From Candidatus Aenigmatarchaeota archaeon (GTDB lineage Archaea; Aenigmatarchaeota; Aenigmatarchaeia; CG10238-14; SpSt-28): a stretch of 64,000 bases of DNA. Within the stretch, counting starts at the first letter, position 1, and the number at the start of each line of letters is the position of its first letter. The DNA is taken from NCBI GenBank assembly GCA_038733315.1, contig JAVYPJ010000002.1, positions 1-64,000 on the forward strand, written 5' to 3'. Made by a program: the position numbers and the translations under genes. The notes under the pieces are model-generated. The model did no database searches, was not told the DNA's origin, and saw only the letters and a list, made by a program, of their open reading frames with translations. Positions 20,201 to 30,030 of this stretch are shown piece by piece.

Positions 20201-23030
20201 TTGCAATTCCCTTAGGAGCAATGTTTCCAGTTTCTATGGTTATTCCGCATTCATCATATCTTTTTTTATTAAAAGAGGAAAAGCTAATTTCTTCGATAAT
20301 GTTATCTGGCTTATTAACAATAGCTCGTATATAGAATTGAGAAGCATTTCCAAAAATAGGAACTATAAAATGTGTATATTCATCTATAAAAGTTATATTC
20401 GGATTAAAATATGGTTTTAGGGGTAAAATTACTTCAAAGCTTTCTGAATAACTTATAGAGCTTCCATTTTGCGGAAATGCTGAAAATGTAATTGTGGTAA
20501 CTTCTTTACCTTCTTTATATTTCGAAATGGTTTTCCATTTATCAATACAATAGGTTCCATTAGGAATAGCCTCTATGGAATTTACATGATTTTCGGATTC
20601 ATTACTATCTAAATCAATAGCATCGGTATTAGAAATGTAAATAGATGTATTAACAAACCATAAATCTCCATCTATTGCACTAATTCCTATGATTGTGTAA
20701 AAAGTTTGATTTGGTAATATAAAATAGTATGGATTTATTACAAAAACATCTGCCCTTCCAAAGCTAACATAGTATTCTTGCGTAGTATTAAATGCAGTTC
20801 CATTTTCAGTTTCTACGAATATTATAGATGAATAATTTCCGCTTCTTGGAGGAACAAAATAAAGAGAGTAATAGTAATAATTATTGTTTGGATCAAACTC
20901 TTCTAATTTGAAATCTAATTCAATAGTTTCTCTACTTAGCTTGCAATTAGAAATATTAAAGAATGTTATAGCTGCATATACTCTTTTTATTTCCGAAGTA
21001 TTTCCAGTTATATTAGCAAAATATTTTTGCTCATTTCCAAAATTTATATTTTCGTTTAGTATATAGCTTCCAAAATTTATTACTTCATATTCTTTTATAG
21101 AGAAGTTTCCCTCACCATATAACGGAATAATAGAGGCATTGATATTAACATTTCCAAAATTTTCGCTTTTGACTAGAAATTCTATTTCCAAGGGCTTTTC
21201 TATCGAAATCGAATATAATTTTTCTTTATACGAATTTTCTAATAATTTTATTACACTTTCATTAAGAGATTCTAAGCTTATATTTCCAAACCAAATATCG
21301 CCATTTATCGAAGAAATATTAATTTTAATTTTGAAAGTTTGATTAAATAATATTTTTTCGAAATTTGGAAAAGTTATGTTAACTATTGCTTCTCCAAAAC
21401 TTACGTTAAAATATGTAGTATTTTTATAACTACCGAATGGGCTTTCTGCATCTATTTCAATAGTTACCTCATATTCTCCGCTTCTTTTCGGCTTATATTC
21501 TAAATAATAGTTGCAAAAATATGGCTCATAACAAACATTAAAGTTTAGCTCAATTTCTTCACTGGTATTTATTAACTCATAGTTTTCTATTTTTTTGTAC
21601 GAAATATTTGCCTTTGCAGATACAATTTTACTTGCATTAGTTATATTTACTGAAATTCTTATACTTTCACCATATTTTACATGGGTTTTGTTTAATGTAA
21701 TTTCTGCCGATAGATTAAAAACCTTTATTATACTTTCCTTAGAGTTTTCTTCAGAAGCGTAGTAATATAAATACTCTTCATCAGAAATATTACATCTAAC
21801 TAAGTAATCTCCTTCGTTTTGAAATCCATATGAAATACTAGCTATTCCGTTTTTGCCAGTATTTACTCTCGCTATTTCTGAATCGTTGATGTAGAACTCA
21901 ACTGGATATCCTGATATAGGTTCTCCAGTATCCTTAACAACGACTTTACAACTTATTAATGCTGTTTGCGATGGATATAAATAAGAATCGTTAATGCTAA
22001 TTTCTGAGATTTTTGAAAAACCATAAAGATGAAAAGTTTTCTTAGTTGTTTCATTATACCCATCTAATCTATTAACAGCTTTTATTAATATATCATAAAT
22101 TCCGGGAGTTTTATAAATTTCGATATTAGATGTGTTAATAGTAAAATTTACCCAATATTTATAGATTGAAATATTTTGTATACTAAATAAATTTGAATAA
22201 TCCTTAGAATTAGAATTAAGGATTATTTTGTCTGTTGGTGTAATTAGAGTTGCATTAGCATACTTAACCTCTGTAATATCGAATAATGCGCCTGCTTTTA
22301 TTATGTCTCCTCTTTTAATTTCTATAGGTTCATTTAAAATATTTCCATCTGTAAAATCATAGAAATTCCAATTTGAATAAAGCAAATCTAAATAAGTTAC
22401 ATTTATATAGAAATAATCTATTAGAAACAGAACTTGTGTATCGTTGTGGTCATAACCATACCATTCTGCAGTTAAATTTATTTCAGTCAATTCTAAAATG
22501 GAGGTAACGTTATGTAAAAACGATAATTCAACATAAGTAAAATTACCTGCATTCCATAAATTGCAAGTAGTATTAGATTTTGGAAAGGAGTTTAATAATC
22601 TATTACTTCCTACTAATAGATAACACTTATCACTTTCATTATTTCCAAGATGAGTGGTAGAAGAACTGCACACTATTTTAAATGTCTTTCCTTGTATTTG
22701 CAACACACATCTTATACCTTTTACACCAACAGTTAAATTTATTAGATTAATGTCAGTTCTATTTAATCTCTCAAAACTAACATTTATTAAGCCATATTTT
22801 TTAGAAGAATCTGAAGTTATAGACATTCGTTCATAACTCGAATCGTCGTTATTTATATTAGCTAGATTACAATTAGTATAAGTTGTATTTACTTTTATAC
22901 ACTTTGAAATATTAACTGGTTTTAAATGAAAGCTTTTTATCTCTTGGGAAAATGATATATTAAGAAATAAATTTAAAATAAAAAGCGTTATAAGAGTTAT
23001 AAAAATTGAGTATAATTTGCTGCTTATCAT
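17256..23030 (-). CDS. Giant (1924 aa) membrane-anchored surface protein: Ig-like repeats, discoidin (F5/8C)-like domain, Cys-rich module, coiled coil, TM, cytoplasmic tail
   Basis: Signal peptide; GNIAPKGIANAS...IDNDLNTAW...IYEIEV; CECTQWQDVGCG..C..RSC..C; TM ILISIFSSIVSAYVITQIII; very many sequons. Confidence 0.85.
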   Translation of the reverse strand: MISSKLYSIFITLITLFILNLFLNISFSQEIKSFHLKPVNISKCIKVNTTYTNCNLANINNDDSSYERMSITSDSSKKYGLINVSFERLNRTDINLINLTVGVKGIRCVLQIQGKTFKIVCSSSTTHLGNNESDKCYLLVGSNRLLNSFPKSNTTCNLWNAGNFTYVELSFLHNVTSILELTEINLTAEWYGYDHNDTQVLFLIDYFYINVTYLDLLYSNWNFYDFTDGNILNEPIEIKRGDIIKAGALFDITEVKYANATLITPTDKIILNSNSKDYSNLFSIQNISIYKYWVNFTINTSNIEIYKTPGIYDILIKAVNRLDGYNETTKKTFHLYGFSKISEISINDSYLYPSQTALISCKVVVKDTGEPISGYPVEFYINDSEIARVNTGKNGIASISYGFQNEGDYLVRCNISDEEYLYYYASEENSKESIIKVFNLSAEITLNKTHVKYGESIRISVNITNASKIVSAKANISYKKIENYELINTSEEIELNFNVCYEPYFCNYYLEYKPKRSGEYEVTIEIDAESPFGSYKNTTYFNVSFGEAIVNITFPNFEKILFNQTFKIKINISSINGDIWFGNISLESLNESVIKLLENSYKEKLYSISIEKPLEIEFLVKSENFGNVNINASIIPLYGEGNFSIKEYEVINFGSYILNENINFGNEQKYFANITGNTSEIKRVYAAITFFNISNCKLSRETIELDFKLEEFDPNNNYYYYSLYFVPPRSGNYSSIIFVETENGTAFNTTQEYYVSFGRADVFVINPYYFILPNQTFYTIIGISAIDGDLWFVNTSIYISNTDAIDLDSNESENHVNSIEAIPNGTYCIDKWKTISKYKEGKEVTTITFSAFPQNGSSISYSESFEVILPLKPYFNPNITFIDEYTHFIVPIFGNASQFYIRAIVNKPDNIIEEISFSSFNKKRYDECGITIETGNIAPKGIANASDNNDIAMNSIDNDLNTAWYNLNNRPSRLNISFVDRIFTINKILITWQGPSDQDVYANISYINHLNNHILLAENLKINSSKTTVSINIETPIKVKEIIVNISGIGVIYEIEVFAVEPRTDYCYEFYFNFTNFTRSGYYNVEFFAITEFEDEIEFGNSNFFVNYGIPLIFVDTENGTHHKMLSGQTQNYTIRVKAYKGDLKNLTLTFISENTSFINITEDENYEKFVESILWKKENVTSWKIYATMPTEEENITIQTYVNSTCEFCFSNSSINFSITIYPYDTEPPNIEDFLFIIKDKNSTVFNVNDSLIIRAIVTDNIYVTKVIAEIIYPDETTINASLQRVEDTLWEFKFSEDKIQINKTGDYYVKIYAYDLNQSQFNNSEQKSFAVFDHYFIDYTPQFYLYNFGEEISFFATDVNGFIVDNVEWIESNYNISNKTTYFKIFLDNRSFDVGLINLNVSATKNGNKGLKSINITLSNILYIDILSPPQNYVFDIGVPITGPGLLPAIKVFNVRRDKTIENAYSEIACFNENYNYTIFNSSSFYYNACGLLNEFYSFKDCTSQCYAPNLPAQVFNISFYVKDYFGNEGYSYIILRTKQLMQESAISPGFGGIGAGGMPIIKQCECTQWQDVGCGKGNCKLNQLYQVRSCKPANCDVEERCIESILCTPTEIDFLLSSEEVSIHQGETKIIAAVLKNIGKKPAKIKIILNSTCCIISSSESEFEINVNEIKTITFFISARLNESLGEQKIDINVFDISEEKGIISKSVKIFVSLSNLIQEKEKVKYQLEMLRSYINELDRYGLLSEEIKNIWKSNEEIIESIPKLIEENNVREFENAIVTLKNNLEKIKDYVENKKLQLLFAKHRNEILISIFSSIVSAYVITQIIIPYIKISKEIRKLLVEEEVLIKQRKEIQKQFFMRKVSEEMFRKMITETQNKILEVKSKIKTLNEEKNRLILERSNPKYFIKIVSNVIKKLIRKNQ

Positions 23031-23039
23031 AAATAATTA

Positions 23040-23924
23040 ATGAAAATAGGAGAATTAGAAAAAAAGTTTAACATAAGCATAGAAGAATATTATAAATCCT
23101 TAGCTACATATTTTAGAGTAAACACTCTAAAAATAGAAATAGATAAGGTTATAAGGGAGTTAGAGAATAGAGGTTATTTATTGGAAAAGCTACCTTTCGC
23201 AGATTTTGCATTCAAAGTTTTAAACAAAGATAAAATAATTACAAAGGAAATAGAGCATGCGATTGGCTATATTTTTTGTCAAGATGCATCTAGCATGATA
23301 GTTCCATTAGTTTTAGAACCAAGTGAAAAGGATTATGTTTTAGACTTATGTGCAGCGCCTGGGGGGAAAACTACAGAAATAGCACAATTAATGAATAATA
23401 AAGGCTTTATTTTAGCTAATGATATAAGAATAGAAAGAATAAAGGCATTAGCTTCGAACATACAAAGAATGGGAGTATTAAATACTATAATTTCAATCGA
23501 AGACGGAAGATTTTTACATAAAAAAATTGAAAATTTTTTTGATAAAATTTTATTAGATGTTCCATGTAGCGCTACTGGAACATTTAAAATAGACGCAATA
23601 AAGCTTACTAATGAAAAGCTAATAAAAAGTTTGCAGAATTTACAAAAATCTTTGCTAAAATCTGCTTATTATATGTTAAAAAAAGGCGGAATAATCGTTT
23701 ATTCAACATGTTCATTATTAATTGAGGAAAACGAAGCTATTATAGATTGGTTTATTAAGAATTTTAACGTAGAGTTAGAAAACATTAAAATCAAAAGCAT
23801 AAATCTTATAGATGGTTTTACTAAATTCGATAATTATGAATTTAATAAAGAAATTTCAAAAACAAAGAGAATTTTAAATAAAGGACAAGAAGCTTTTTTC
23901 ATTGCAAAAATGAGGAAACTATAA
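23040..23924 (+). CDS. RsmB/NOP2 family RNA m5C methyltransferase
   Basis: QDASSM, DLCAAPGGKT, DVPCS, YSTCS..EENE. Confidence 0.93.
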   Translation: MKIGELEKKFNISIEEYYKSLATYFRVNTLKIEIDKVIRELENRGYLLEKLPFADFAFKVLNKDKIITKEIEHAIGYIFCQDASSMIVPLVLEPSEKDYVLDLCAAPGGKTTEIAQLMNNKGFILANDIRIERIKALASNIQRMGVLNTIISIEDGRFLHKKIENFFDKILLDVPCSATGTFKIDAIKLTNEKLIKSLQNLQKSLLKSAYYMLKKGGIIVYSTCSLLIEENEAIIDWFIKNFNVELENIKIKSINLIDGFTKFDNYEFNKEISKTKRILNKGQEAFFIAKMRKL

Positions 23925-24488
23925 AACTTTCTTAGAGCTATAGCCTAGGGAAATTGCACTAGCAACCATATGTGCAATTCTTAATGCTTCCGGAATTTTA
24001 CTGTTTTTTCTGCTAATCTTTATTAATTCTTCTGCTTCTTTTTCATCTATTCCCTTAAGCTGAACAAAAAAGTTATCTATTTTTTTAATTTCGCCAGCAT
24101 TTCTTATTATCTTTAATCTTTCCTCCCAATCTAAAAAATACCTTTTTAAAGCATTTTCTATAGCATTAAAATTTGGATATTCTTTCATTAAAACAATTAT
24201 AGGTTTTTTAGTTTCTTCGAAGATTTTCTTTACATCTGCAACATTAAAACCAGCAAAAGTTATTCCAGCCAGAAAAACAGCCTTTATTTGCTGATAAAAT
24301 CTTTTATTTTTTATTATTTTAATAATTTTTTCTGTTGAATCTAGTCCATCTATTTCAATTCTTTCTATTAAAAATCCTTCTATTATTGAGTTTTGCCTGA
24401 CCACACAACCAACTAAATAAGAAAATTTTTCATTTCTATTAAAATGAGAATCGTCAATACCTAAAAGTCTATAACCCTTTTTATCCAT
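23919..24488 (-). CDS. DUF99 family protein (endonuclease V-like)
   Basis: LLGIDDS, DGLDST, GITFAGFNVAD, IPEALRIAH. Confidence 0.88.
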   Translation of the reverse strand: MDKKGYRLLGIDDSHFNRNEKFSYLVGCVVRQNSIIEGFLIERIEIDGLDSTEKIIKIIKNKRFYQQIKAVFLAGITFAGFNVADVKKIFEETKKPIIVLMKEYPNFNAIENALKRYFLDWEERLKIIRNAGEIKKIDNFFVQLKGIDEKEAEELIKISRKNSKIPEALRIAHMVASAISLGYSSKKVL

Positions 24489-24511
24489 ATATATTTATTT
24501 CTTATTATTTT

Positions 24512-24688
24512 ATGAAAAAACTAGATCCAGATGTAGAAAAAAGGCTATTCAAAAATGTATTTGTGTGTAAAAACTGCAAACACAAAATTAGAGCCTTAGC
24601 TAGTAAAGTCTCTGAAGGAAAAGTTAGATGTAGATATTGTAAGAGCAAAGCCTTAAGACCTAAAAAATTAATAAAGGTTACAGCATAA
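24512..24688 (+). CDS. rpl40e: 50S ribosomal protein L40e
   Basis: Not in the ORF track (58 aa): MKKLDPDVEKRLFKNVFVCKNCKHKIRA...CRYCKSKALRPKK. Confidence 0.88.
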   Translation: MKKLDPDVEKRLFKNVFVCKNCKHKIRALASKVSEGKVRCRYCKSKALRPKKLIKVTA

Positions 24689-24707
24689 AAAATAAAAAAT
24701 AGAGGGA

Positions 24708-25079
24708 TTATTTTTTAGCTGCTGTGTCCCATATAGCTTTGAATGCCGTTATTAGCGCAGCTGGAAGGACAAATATTCCTATTAGTTTAACTATCTTGAA
24801 TATTAGCTCTGCTCCAGGAACTTCTGCAGCAACTCCTAAGGGCACTAAGAATATTAAGCTTGCCAAAAGAAATGTTGTATACTCCTCTTTTCTAATGTTT
24901 AATAAACCAACAAGTATTCCCAAGCCAAATAAAGTCCATACTACTATTTCTTGAACTTTTATTACATCTATAGCTATTAGTATTCCTGAGATTACTGCTA
25001 TTAGTATTCCTGCCAGAAAGGCTACTTCCCCTATTTCTAGTTGCTCACTAGCTCTTTTTACTGCCCTTTTCACTGGCAT
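24708..25079 (-). CDS. Small multi-TM membrane protein
   Basis: 123 aa, 4 hydrophobic helices, GILVGLLNI..EY..FL motif. Confidence 0.75.
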   Translation of the reverse strand: MPVKRAVKRASEQLEIGEVAFLAGILIAVISGILIAIDVIKVQEIVVWTLFGLGILVGLLNIRKEEYTTFLLASLIFLVPLGVAAEVPGAELIFKIVKLIGIFVLPAALITAFKAIWDTAAKK

Positions 25080-25096
25080 AAAATAATTAAAGCAAT

Positions 25097-25969
25097 TTAA
25101 AATTTATATATTTTTGTAAACTCTATGCATCCTAAAACGCCATTATTTTTTACCTTAGAGAAACAAATTTTCGGCATTCTAACAAAAATCTCTCTTTTTA
25201 TCATGTTTTTATCTATTATTTTTTTGTTATTGATAGCAGCCGAGCCACCGATAACTATTATTTCTGGATCGTATAAATTTATAACAGAAGCTAAAGCCTT
25301 AGCATTAATTTTTTGCAATATTTTAAATATTTCTCTACCTATTTCATATTTTTTGTATTTTCTAAAAAACTCTTCGGAAGATTTTATATTATCAAATACA
25401 TTACTTCCACGAAGATTCGAATAATATTTTACAAACTTTGGCAATGAATTTCCGCTACAATACCCTTCCCAATGACCATATTTTCCACAGCTACATATTA
25501 CATTGGAATCAAAATTTACATTGATATGCCCAATTTCATGTGCATTACCATCTTTTCCTAAAAGAAGCTTTCCATCAACAAAAACACCACCCCCAATACC
25601 ACTACTAATAGTTACATAAACAAAATTTTCTTCTTTGTACTTTCCATAAATTTTTTCTCCAATAGCAGCAGCTACGGAATCGTTTATAATTATAACTTCT
25701 TTCTTTAATTTCTTCTCTAATACTCTTTTTAAATTTACATTTTTTATTCCTATGTTTGGGCAATGAAAAACAAACCCACTTTTAATATTTATAGTTCCAG
25801 CTATTCCTATAACAACTTTTTTGAATTCTATTTTTGAAAGTTTTTCACACAAAAATTTTATCAGAGTTTCGTAGTTTTTTGGAGTTAAGAATTCCTCTAT
25901 TAAAATTTCTTTACCCTTTTTAAAACCTATTCTAGTTTTTGTCCCTCCAATATCTATTCCAACTATCAT
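25097..25969 (-). CDS. ROK family sugar kinase (glucokinase-like)
   Basis: GIDIGGTK, INDS, SSGIGGG, EIGH, CSCGKYGHWE. Confidence 0.92.
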   Translation of the reverse strand: MIVGIDIGGTKTRIGFKKGKEILIEEFLTPKNYETLIKFLCEKLSKIEFKKVVIGIAGTINIKSGFVFHCPNIGIKNVNLKRVLEKKLKKEVIIINDSVAAAIGEKIYGKYKEENFVYVTISSGIGGGVFVDGKLLLGKDGNAHEIGHINVNFDSNVICSCGKYGHWEGYCSGNSLPKFVKYYSNLRGSNVFDNIKSSEEFFRKYKKYEIGREIFKILQKINAKALASVINLYDPEIIVIGGSAAINNKKIIDKNMIKREIFVRMPKICFSKVKNNGVLGCIEFTKIYKF

Positions 25970-27054
25970 ATTTCAACTATTTTAGCTAACCTTTTTAATG
26001 CACTAATCTTTTCTTTATTTCCTATTTTTGCTTCTTCAACAGCTTGCTTTAATATTTCAGCTTCTTTTAACATCCTTTCTTTGTCAACATAATATGGTTT
26101 ACCAGCTTTTGTACCATGCGCATAAGTAAATTTTATAGGATCTTTCCAGCTTAGCCTACTTCCAAAAATTATGTTTGCAATATATGCTAAACCTCTAATA
26201 GTATCTTTTCCTATCCCATTAATACTAAGCAATTCCTCAAAATTTTCAGCTGCTTTTGCTATTTCCAAAGCTTTTTTATTTATTTTTGTAGGAATTTTGA
26301 AGTGATAAGGTAATTTAACAATTTCGTAACCATTCATATTTATATAATCTATTAATAGTTTTTGTTCTTGTTTTTTATCTAGCATTATTAAAGTTTTTTC
26401 AATTTTTTCTGGTGTATAATCCTTAACTATATCTATTATAGCTTTTCTTGTCTCTGCAGATTCTCTATGAAACAAATTCAAAACAATTTTTTCTTTAGCT
26501 CCAATAATTTCGTTATGCGGCTCTTCTTCAAACTTTTTCGTATTGGTTATCCAATGTAATCTTCTAACTTTTTGAGATTCTATATTCATTTTTTGATTTA
26601 TTATAGAATAATTTCCATTTTCATCTAGAATTATAGAGTGAAAATATAAATTATAGCCATCTTGTAATTCAACATTATCTGCCTTTGCACTTAAAATACT
26701 AGCCCTTTTAATTTCTTCTTTGTTTTTAATTTCAGAATTCTCTATTTCTTCTAAGATTTTTATAGAATCTTTTCCTTTCCCGCCAAATACCTTTATTGGC
26801 AGATTAGAATCTTTTAGAGCATCTTTTACTGCTTTTATTGTTACAGTAGTCATACCACTATAATTCCACTCAAATCCTAATAAGCATGCAAAACATTGAA
26901 ACCATAGAGCATCGCTAAATCTATATACTAATTCGTAACTTCCATACTCTTCTATAAGAATTTCAAGAATTGGTTTTGCAAGCTTTACCATTTCATTGTA
27001 ATGCGGCACTGGACCTTTTGCTAATCTTAATTCAACAAAGTCTTTTCTTATCAT
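25966..27054 (-). CDS. DUF763 family protein
   Basis: WFQCFACLLGFEWNYSGMTT, LQDGYNLYFH, HhH-like GIGKDTIR, YAHGTKAG. Confidence 0.85.
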   Translation of the reverse strand: MIRKDFVELRLAKGPVPHYNEMVKLAKPILEILIEEYGSYELVYRFSDALWFQCFACLLGFEWNYSGMTTVTIKAVKDALKDSNLPIKVFGGKGKDSIKILEEIENSEIKNKEEIKRASILSAKADNVELQDGYNLYFHSIILDENGNYSIINQKMNIESQKVRRLHWITNTKKFEEEPHNEIIGAKEKIVLNLFHRESAETRKAIIDIVKDYTPEKIEKTLIMLDKKQEQKLLIDYINMNGYEIVKLPYHFKIPTKINKKALEIAKAAENFEELLSINGIGKDTIRGLAYIANIIFGSRLSWKDPIKFTYAHGTKAGKPYYVDKERMLKEAEILKQAVEEAKIGNKEKISALKRLAKIVEI

Positions 27055-27058
27055 AATT

Positions 27059-27553
27059 TTATGTCAGTATTCTAATAAACTCATTCTTCAGTTTTTCTAA
27101 CGTTTCTTCTAATCTTTTTCTTCTATCTTCAAACACTTTTTCATAAAAAAGTATATAGTATAATCTGAAGGCAAGTTTTTTTAATAGAAAGACTATTTTG
27201 TTTTCATCACTTATAGTTGCTTCTAGAATTAACCTAGCTCTAAGTTTAATGTTTATTGGTTTCTTTTCGTCCTTAGTCATTACTCCACTAAAAATATTTT
27301 CTATTATATAGAAAGTCTTAAAAAACTTTGTTTCATCAAAAGTGTCAACAACATCTATTCTAATAAAAAAAGAGTTATCTGTAGCGTCAAATCTAAGGTC
27401 TTTAATTTTATGTGCTTTTCTCTTTATATTTAATAGGTTCGCAAATATTTTATAATTTTGTTTATAAACGTTCAATGGTTTATTCGTTTCAACATTAAAT
27501 TCTAAATACTCCTCTTTTGGAATTATAATTTCTTTAACAATTTTTTCTTCCAT
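27059..27553 (-). CDS. Hypothetical protein
   Basis: ORF track 164 aa; translationally coupled to the upstream gene. Confidence 0.65.
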   Translation of the reverse strand: MEEKIVKEIIIPKEEYLEFNVETNKPLNVYKQNYKIFANLLNIKRKAHKIKDLRFDATDNSFFIRIDVVDTFDETKFFKTFYIIENIFSGVMTKDEKKPINIKLRARLILEATISDENKIVFLLKKLAFRLYYILFYEKVFEDRRKRLEETLEKLKNEFIRILT

Positions 27554-28074
27554 TATAATCTACTTACTTGTGCTTCGAGATAAGATATAAATCTCTTCAA
27601 ATATTCCTTACCATTTTCTTGATATTTCTTTATTACGTCTGAATAAAAAAAGTTCCAATAAAGTGAAAAGAAAAAATGATAAAACAAACTACGCTGAAAA
27701 GCAGTTTCTTGCGGTAATTCGAAGTATAGTGCACCTTTTATACTAGCCTCAAACTTTCCAACATCTTCTACATTACATTCGTAATAAACACTAATTTCAA
27801 ATCTATAATAACAATTTCTATCTATAAGCTTAGTTAGTTTATAATCTGCTTTCATTTTTTCCTTTTCCCCCCTTGATAAACTAAACGCACTTTCTTTAAT
27901 ATCCTCTTCTTTCACTTCAAGAGCACTAGAAATAATTTTTTTAATGTTTTTAGCTAACATAGAAATATTTGGACCTTCGTATGTAAAAGGTAGTGCAACT
28001 ATTGTTAAGTCATATTTTTTAACTATTGCGGATGTAAATAATAATGGCTTTATCTGAACTTCTGTTAATTCCAT
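27553..28074 (-). CDS. Hypothetical protein
   Basis: ORF track 173 aa; aromatic C-terminal helix resembling that of the downstream gene. Confidence 0.65.
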   Translation of the reverse strand: MELTEVQIKPLLFTSAIVKKYDLTIVALPFTYEGPNISMLAKNIKKIISSALEVKEEDIKESAFSLSRGEKEKMKADYKLTKLIDRNCYYRFEISVYYECNVEDVGKFEASIKGALYFELPQETAFQRSLFYHFFFSLYWNFFYSDVIKKYQENGKEYLKRFISYLEAQVSRL

Positions 28075-28114
28075 AAAAATAAATCCTTAAACTAAATATT
28101 TTTCTAAACAGTTG

Positions 28115-28186
28115 AGCCCCGGGAGGGATTCGAACCCTCGACCTCCTGCTTACGAGGCAGGCGCTCTACCGCTAAGCTACCGGGGC
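28115..28186 (-). tRNA. tRNA-Thr(CGT)
   Basis: GCCCCGG acceptor, CCTGC-CTCGTAA-GCAGG anticodon arm, GGTTCGAATCC T-arm, U discriminator; CCA not encoded. Confidence 0.95.
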
Positions 28187-28223
28187 ATTCCTTACATTAA
28201 TATTTTTTATTTATGGAATTTTT

Positions 28224-29276
28224 ATGGATGCTAACATTCTAAGATTTTTTAATAAACAGTCTAAAAACATTGAAAAGATTTTGAGGAATTATAGCGAAGT
28301 TAAAATTGTTTTTGATAGAGATGTAGATGGATTAATGTCATGCTTAATTGTTTATAGCTTTCTTAAAAAAGCGAAGAAAAAAATAGAACTAGTTTCTTTA
28401 AAGACTAATGAATTAGAAAATTTTATAAAAAAAGAAAAAAATTCAGATAAGCTTTATATATTCTTAGATTTAAGCTTAGAAGAAAATATTGCAAAAGAAG
28501 TAAGAAATAAAAAAATTAAAAGTATTTGGATAGATCATCATCAAATAAGAGTTTTCTCATCAAAAGATATATTATTCATTAATCCGCTATTAGTAAAATC
28601 AAACATATATATTCCAACATCAGCAATATCTTATATTTTATTTGATAGAATTTATCATTTAGAAGATTCTATTTTTTTCGCATGCATAGGAATAATATCT
28701 GATAAGGGAGAAAAGGATTGTAAAACAATTTTAGAAAAATGTCAGCAAAAATATAAAATTTCAATTTCTGAAATTAATGAAATTGCAATGAAAATAAACT
28801 CTATTTTTGTTTTAAATAAAAAAATAGAAAGGCTTATTTCAAAAATGTTGAATATAGAATTTTTCACTAAAAATAAATTCTTAGATAAAATTTATAGGAA
28901 AGCGCAAAAAATAATAAATTCTGAATTTAAAAAAGCTTTAAGAAAATATAAAGAGATAAACGGCTTTATTTTATATAAAACGAGCTCAAAATATAATATA
29001 AGAAGTGTTATAGCCAATATGCTCTCAGAAGAAAAAAAATTTAGCGATAAAATAATAATCGTTTATAATGAAAAAAGAGAAGTTAATTTAAGTCTTAGAA
29101 ATGGTTATAATTCCAATATAAATCTTCTAGAATTTTTGAAAGAAATTAAAGTTAGTTATAAGAGTTTTGGTGGGCATAAAAATGCTTGCGGAGCAAGCAT
29201 GGATAAAAAAGAGTTTAAAAAATTCTTAGAAGAAATAAAAAAATATGGTAAAGATAAACGAAAAACTATATTTTGA
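28224..29276 (+). CDS. DHH family phosphoesterase (RecJ-like, DHHA1)
   Basis: DRDVDG, FLD, IDHH, SLR, GGHKNACG. Confidence 0.9.
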   Translation: MDANILRFFNKQSKNIEKILRNYSEVKIVFDRDVDGLMSCLIVYSFLKKAKKKIELVSLKTNELENFIKKEKNSDKLYIFLDLSLEENIAKEVRNKKIKSIWIDHHQIRVFSSKDILFINPLLVKSNIYIPTSAISYILFDRIYHLEDSIFFACIGIISDKGEKDCKTILEKCQQKYKISISEINEIAMKINSIFVLNKKIERLISKMLNIEFFTKNKFLDKIYRKAQKIINSEFKKALRKYKEINGFILYKTSSKYNIRSVIANMLSEEKKFSDKIIIVYNEKREVNLSLRNGYNSNINLLEFLKEIKVSYKSFGGHKNACGASMDKKEFKKFLEEIKKYGKDKRKTIF

Positions 29277-30030
29277 GAAAATCTCTAAGGATAACATTAT
29301 TGGATATTTACACGAAATTTTAGAGCAAAATGAAGAAATAAAAAGTTTAATAACTCAAGCAAACATTGTTGCTGTTGAAAGATTTTACTATAACGATCAT
29401 GGAATTACACACTCTAGAATAGTAAGCGCGGCATCTATGGAAATCTTTGAAAAACTATTGGGATTCAATATAGTTCCTACTATAGTCCAAAACAATATTG
29501 GAAGCTTAGAAGATGCTAAGATAGTGATTTTTTTATCTGCGTTTTTACACGATATAGGTAATGCCTTCCATAGAGAAAATCATGCAATTGTTGGAAGTAT
29601 AATAGCGTTTAATCTATTAGAAAAAATTTTAGTAGATATTTATCCTGATGTTAAAAAGAGAGTTAAAATAAAGTCAGAAATTTCTCAATGCATATATTCT
29701 CACGATGAAAAAATTTTAGCTCCTAGTATAGAGGCTAGCATTTTAAAAATTGCCGATGGCTTAGACATGGCTGGAGGTAGAGCAAGGATTCCATATAAGT
29801 TAGGAAAAGCAGATATTCACGCTTTTTCTGCTCTTTCTATAAAAGAAGTAGAATTAGTGCCTTCTAGCGAAAAACCAATATCTATAAACGTTTATATGAA
29901 TAACGAAGCAGGAATTTTTCAGATAGAAAAAGTTTTAATACCAAAAATCCAAAATACAATAATTAAAAAATACGTAAGAATAGAAGCTATAAAGAATGGG
30001 GAAACTTTAAGAACATATGAATTTGATTAG
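29245..30030 (+). CDS. HD domain phosphohydrolase
   Basis: NDHGITH, LHDIGN, ADGLDM..GRARIP. Confidence 0.9.
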   Translation: MVKINEKLYFEKISKDNIIGYLHEILEQNEEIKSLITQANIVAVERFYYNDHGITHSRIVSAASMEIFEKLLGFNIVPTIVQNNIGSLEDAKIVIFLSAFLHDIGNAFHRENHAIVGSIIAFNLLEKILVDIYPDVKKRVKIKSEISQCIYSHDEKILAPSIEASILKIADGLDMAGGRARIPYKLGKADIHAFSALSIKEVELVPSSEKPISINVYMNNEAGIFQIEKVLIPKIQNTIIKKYVRIEAIKNGETLRTYEFD

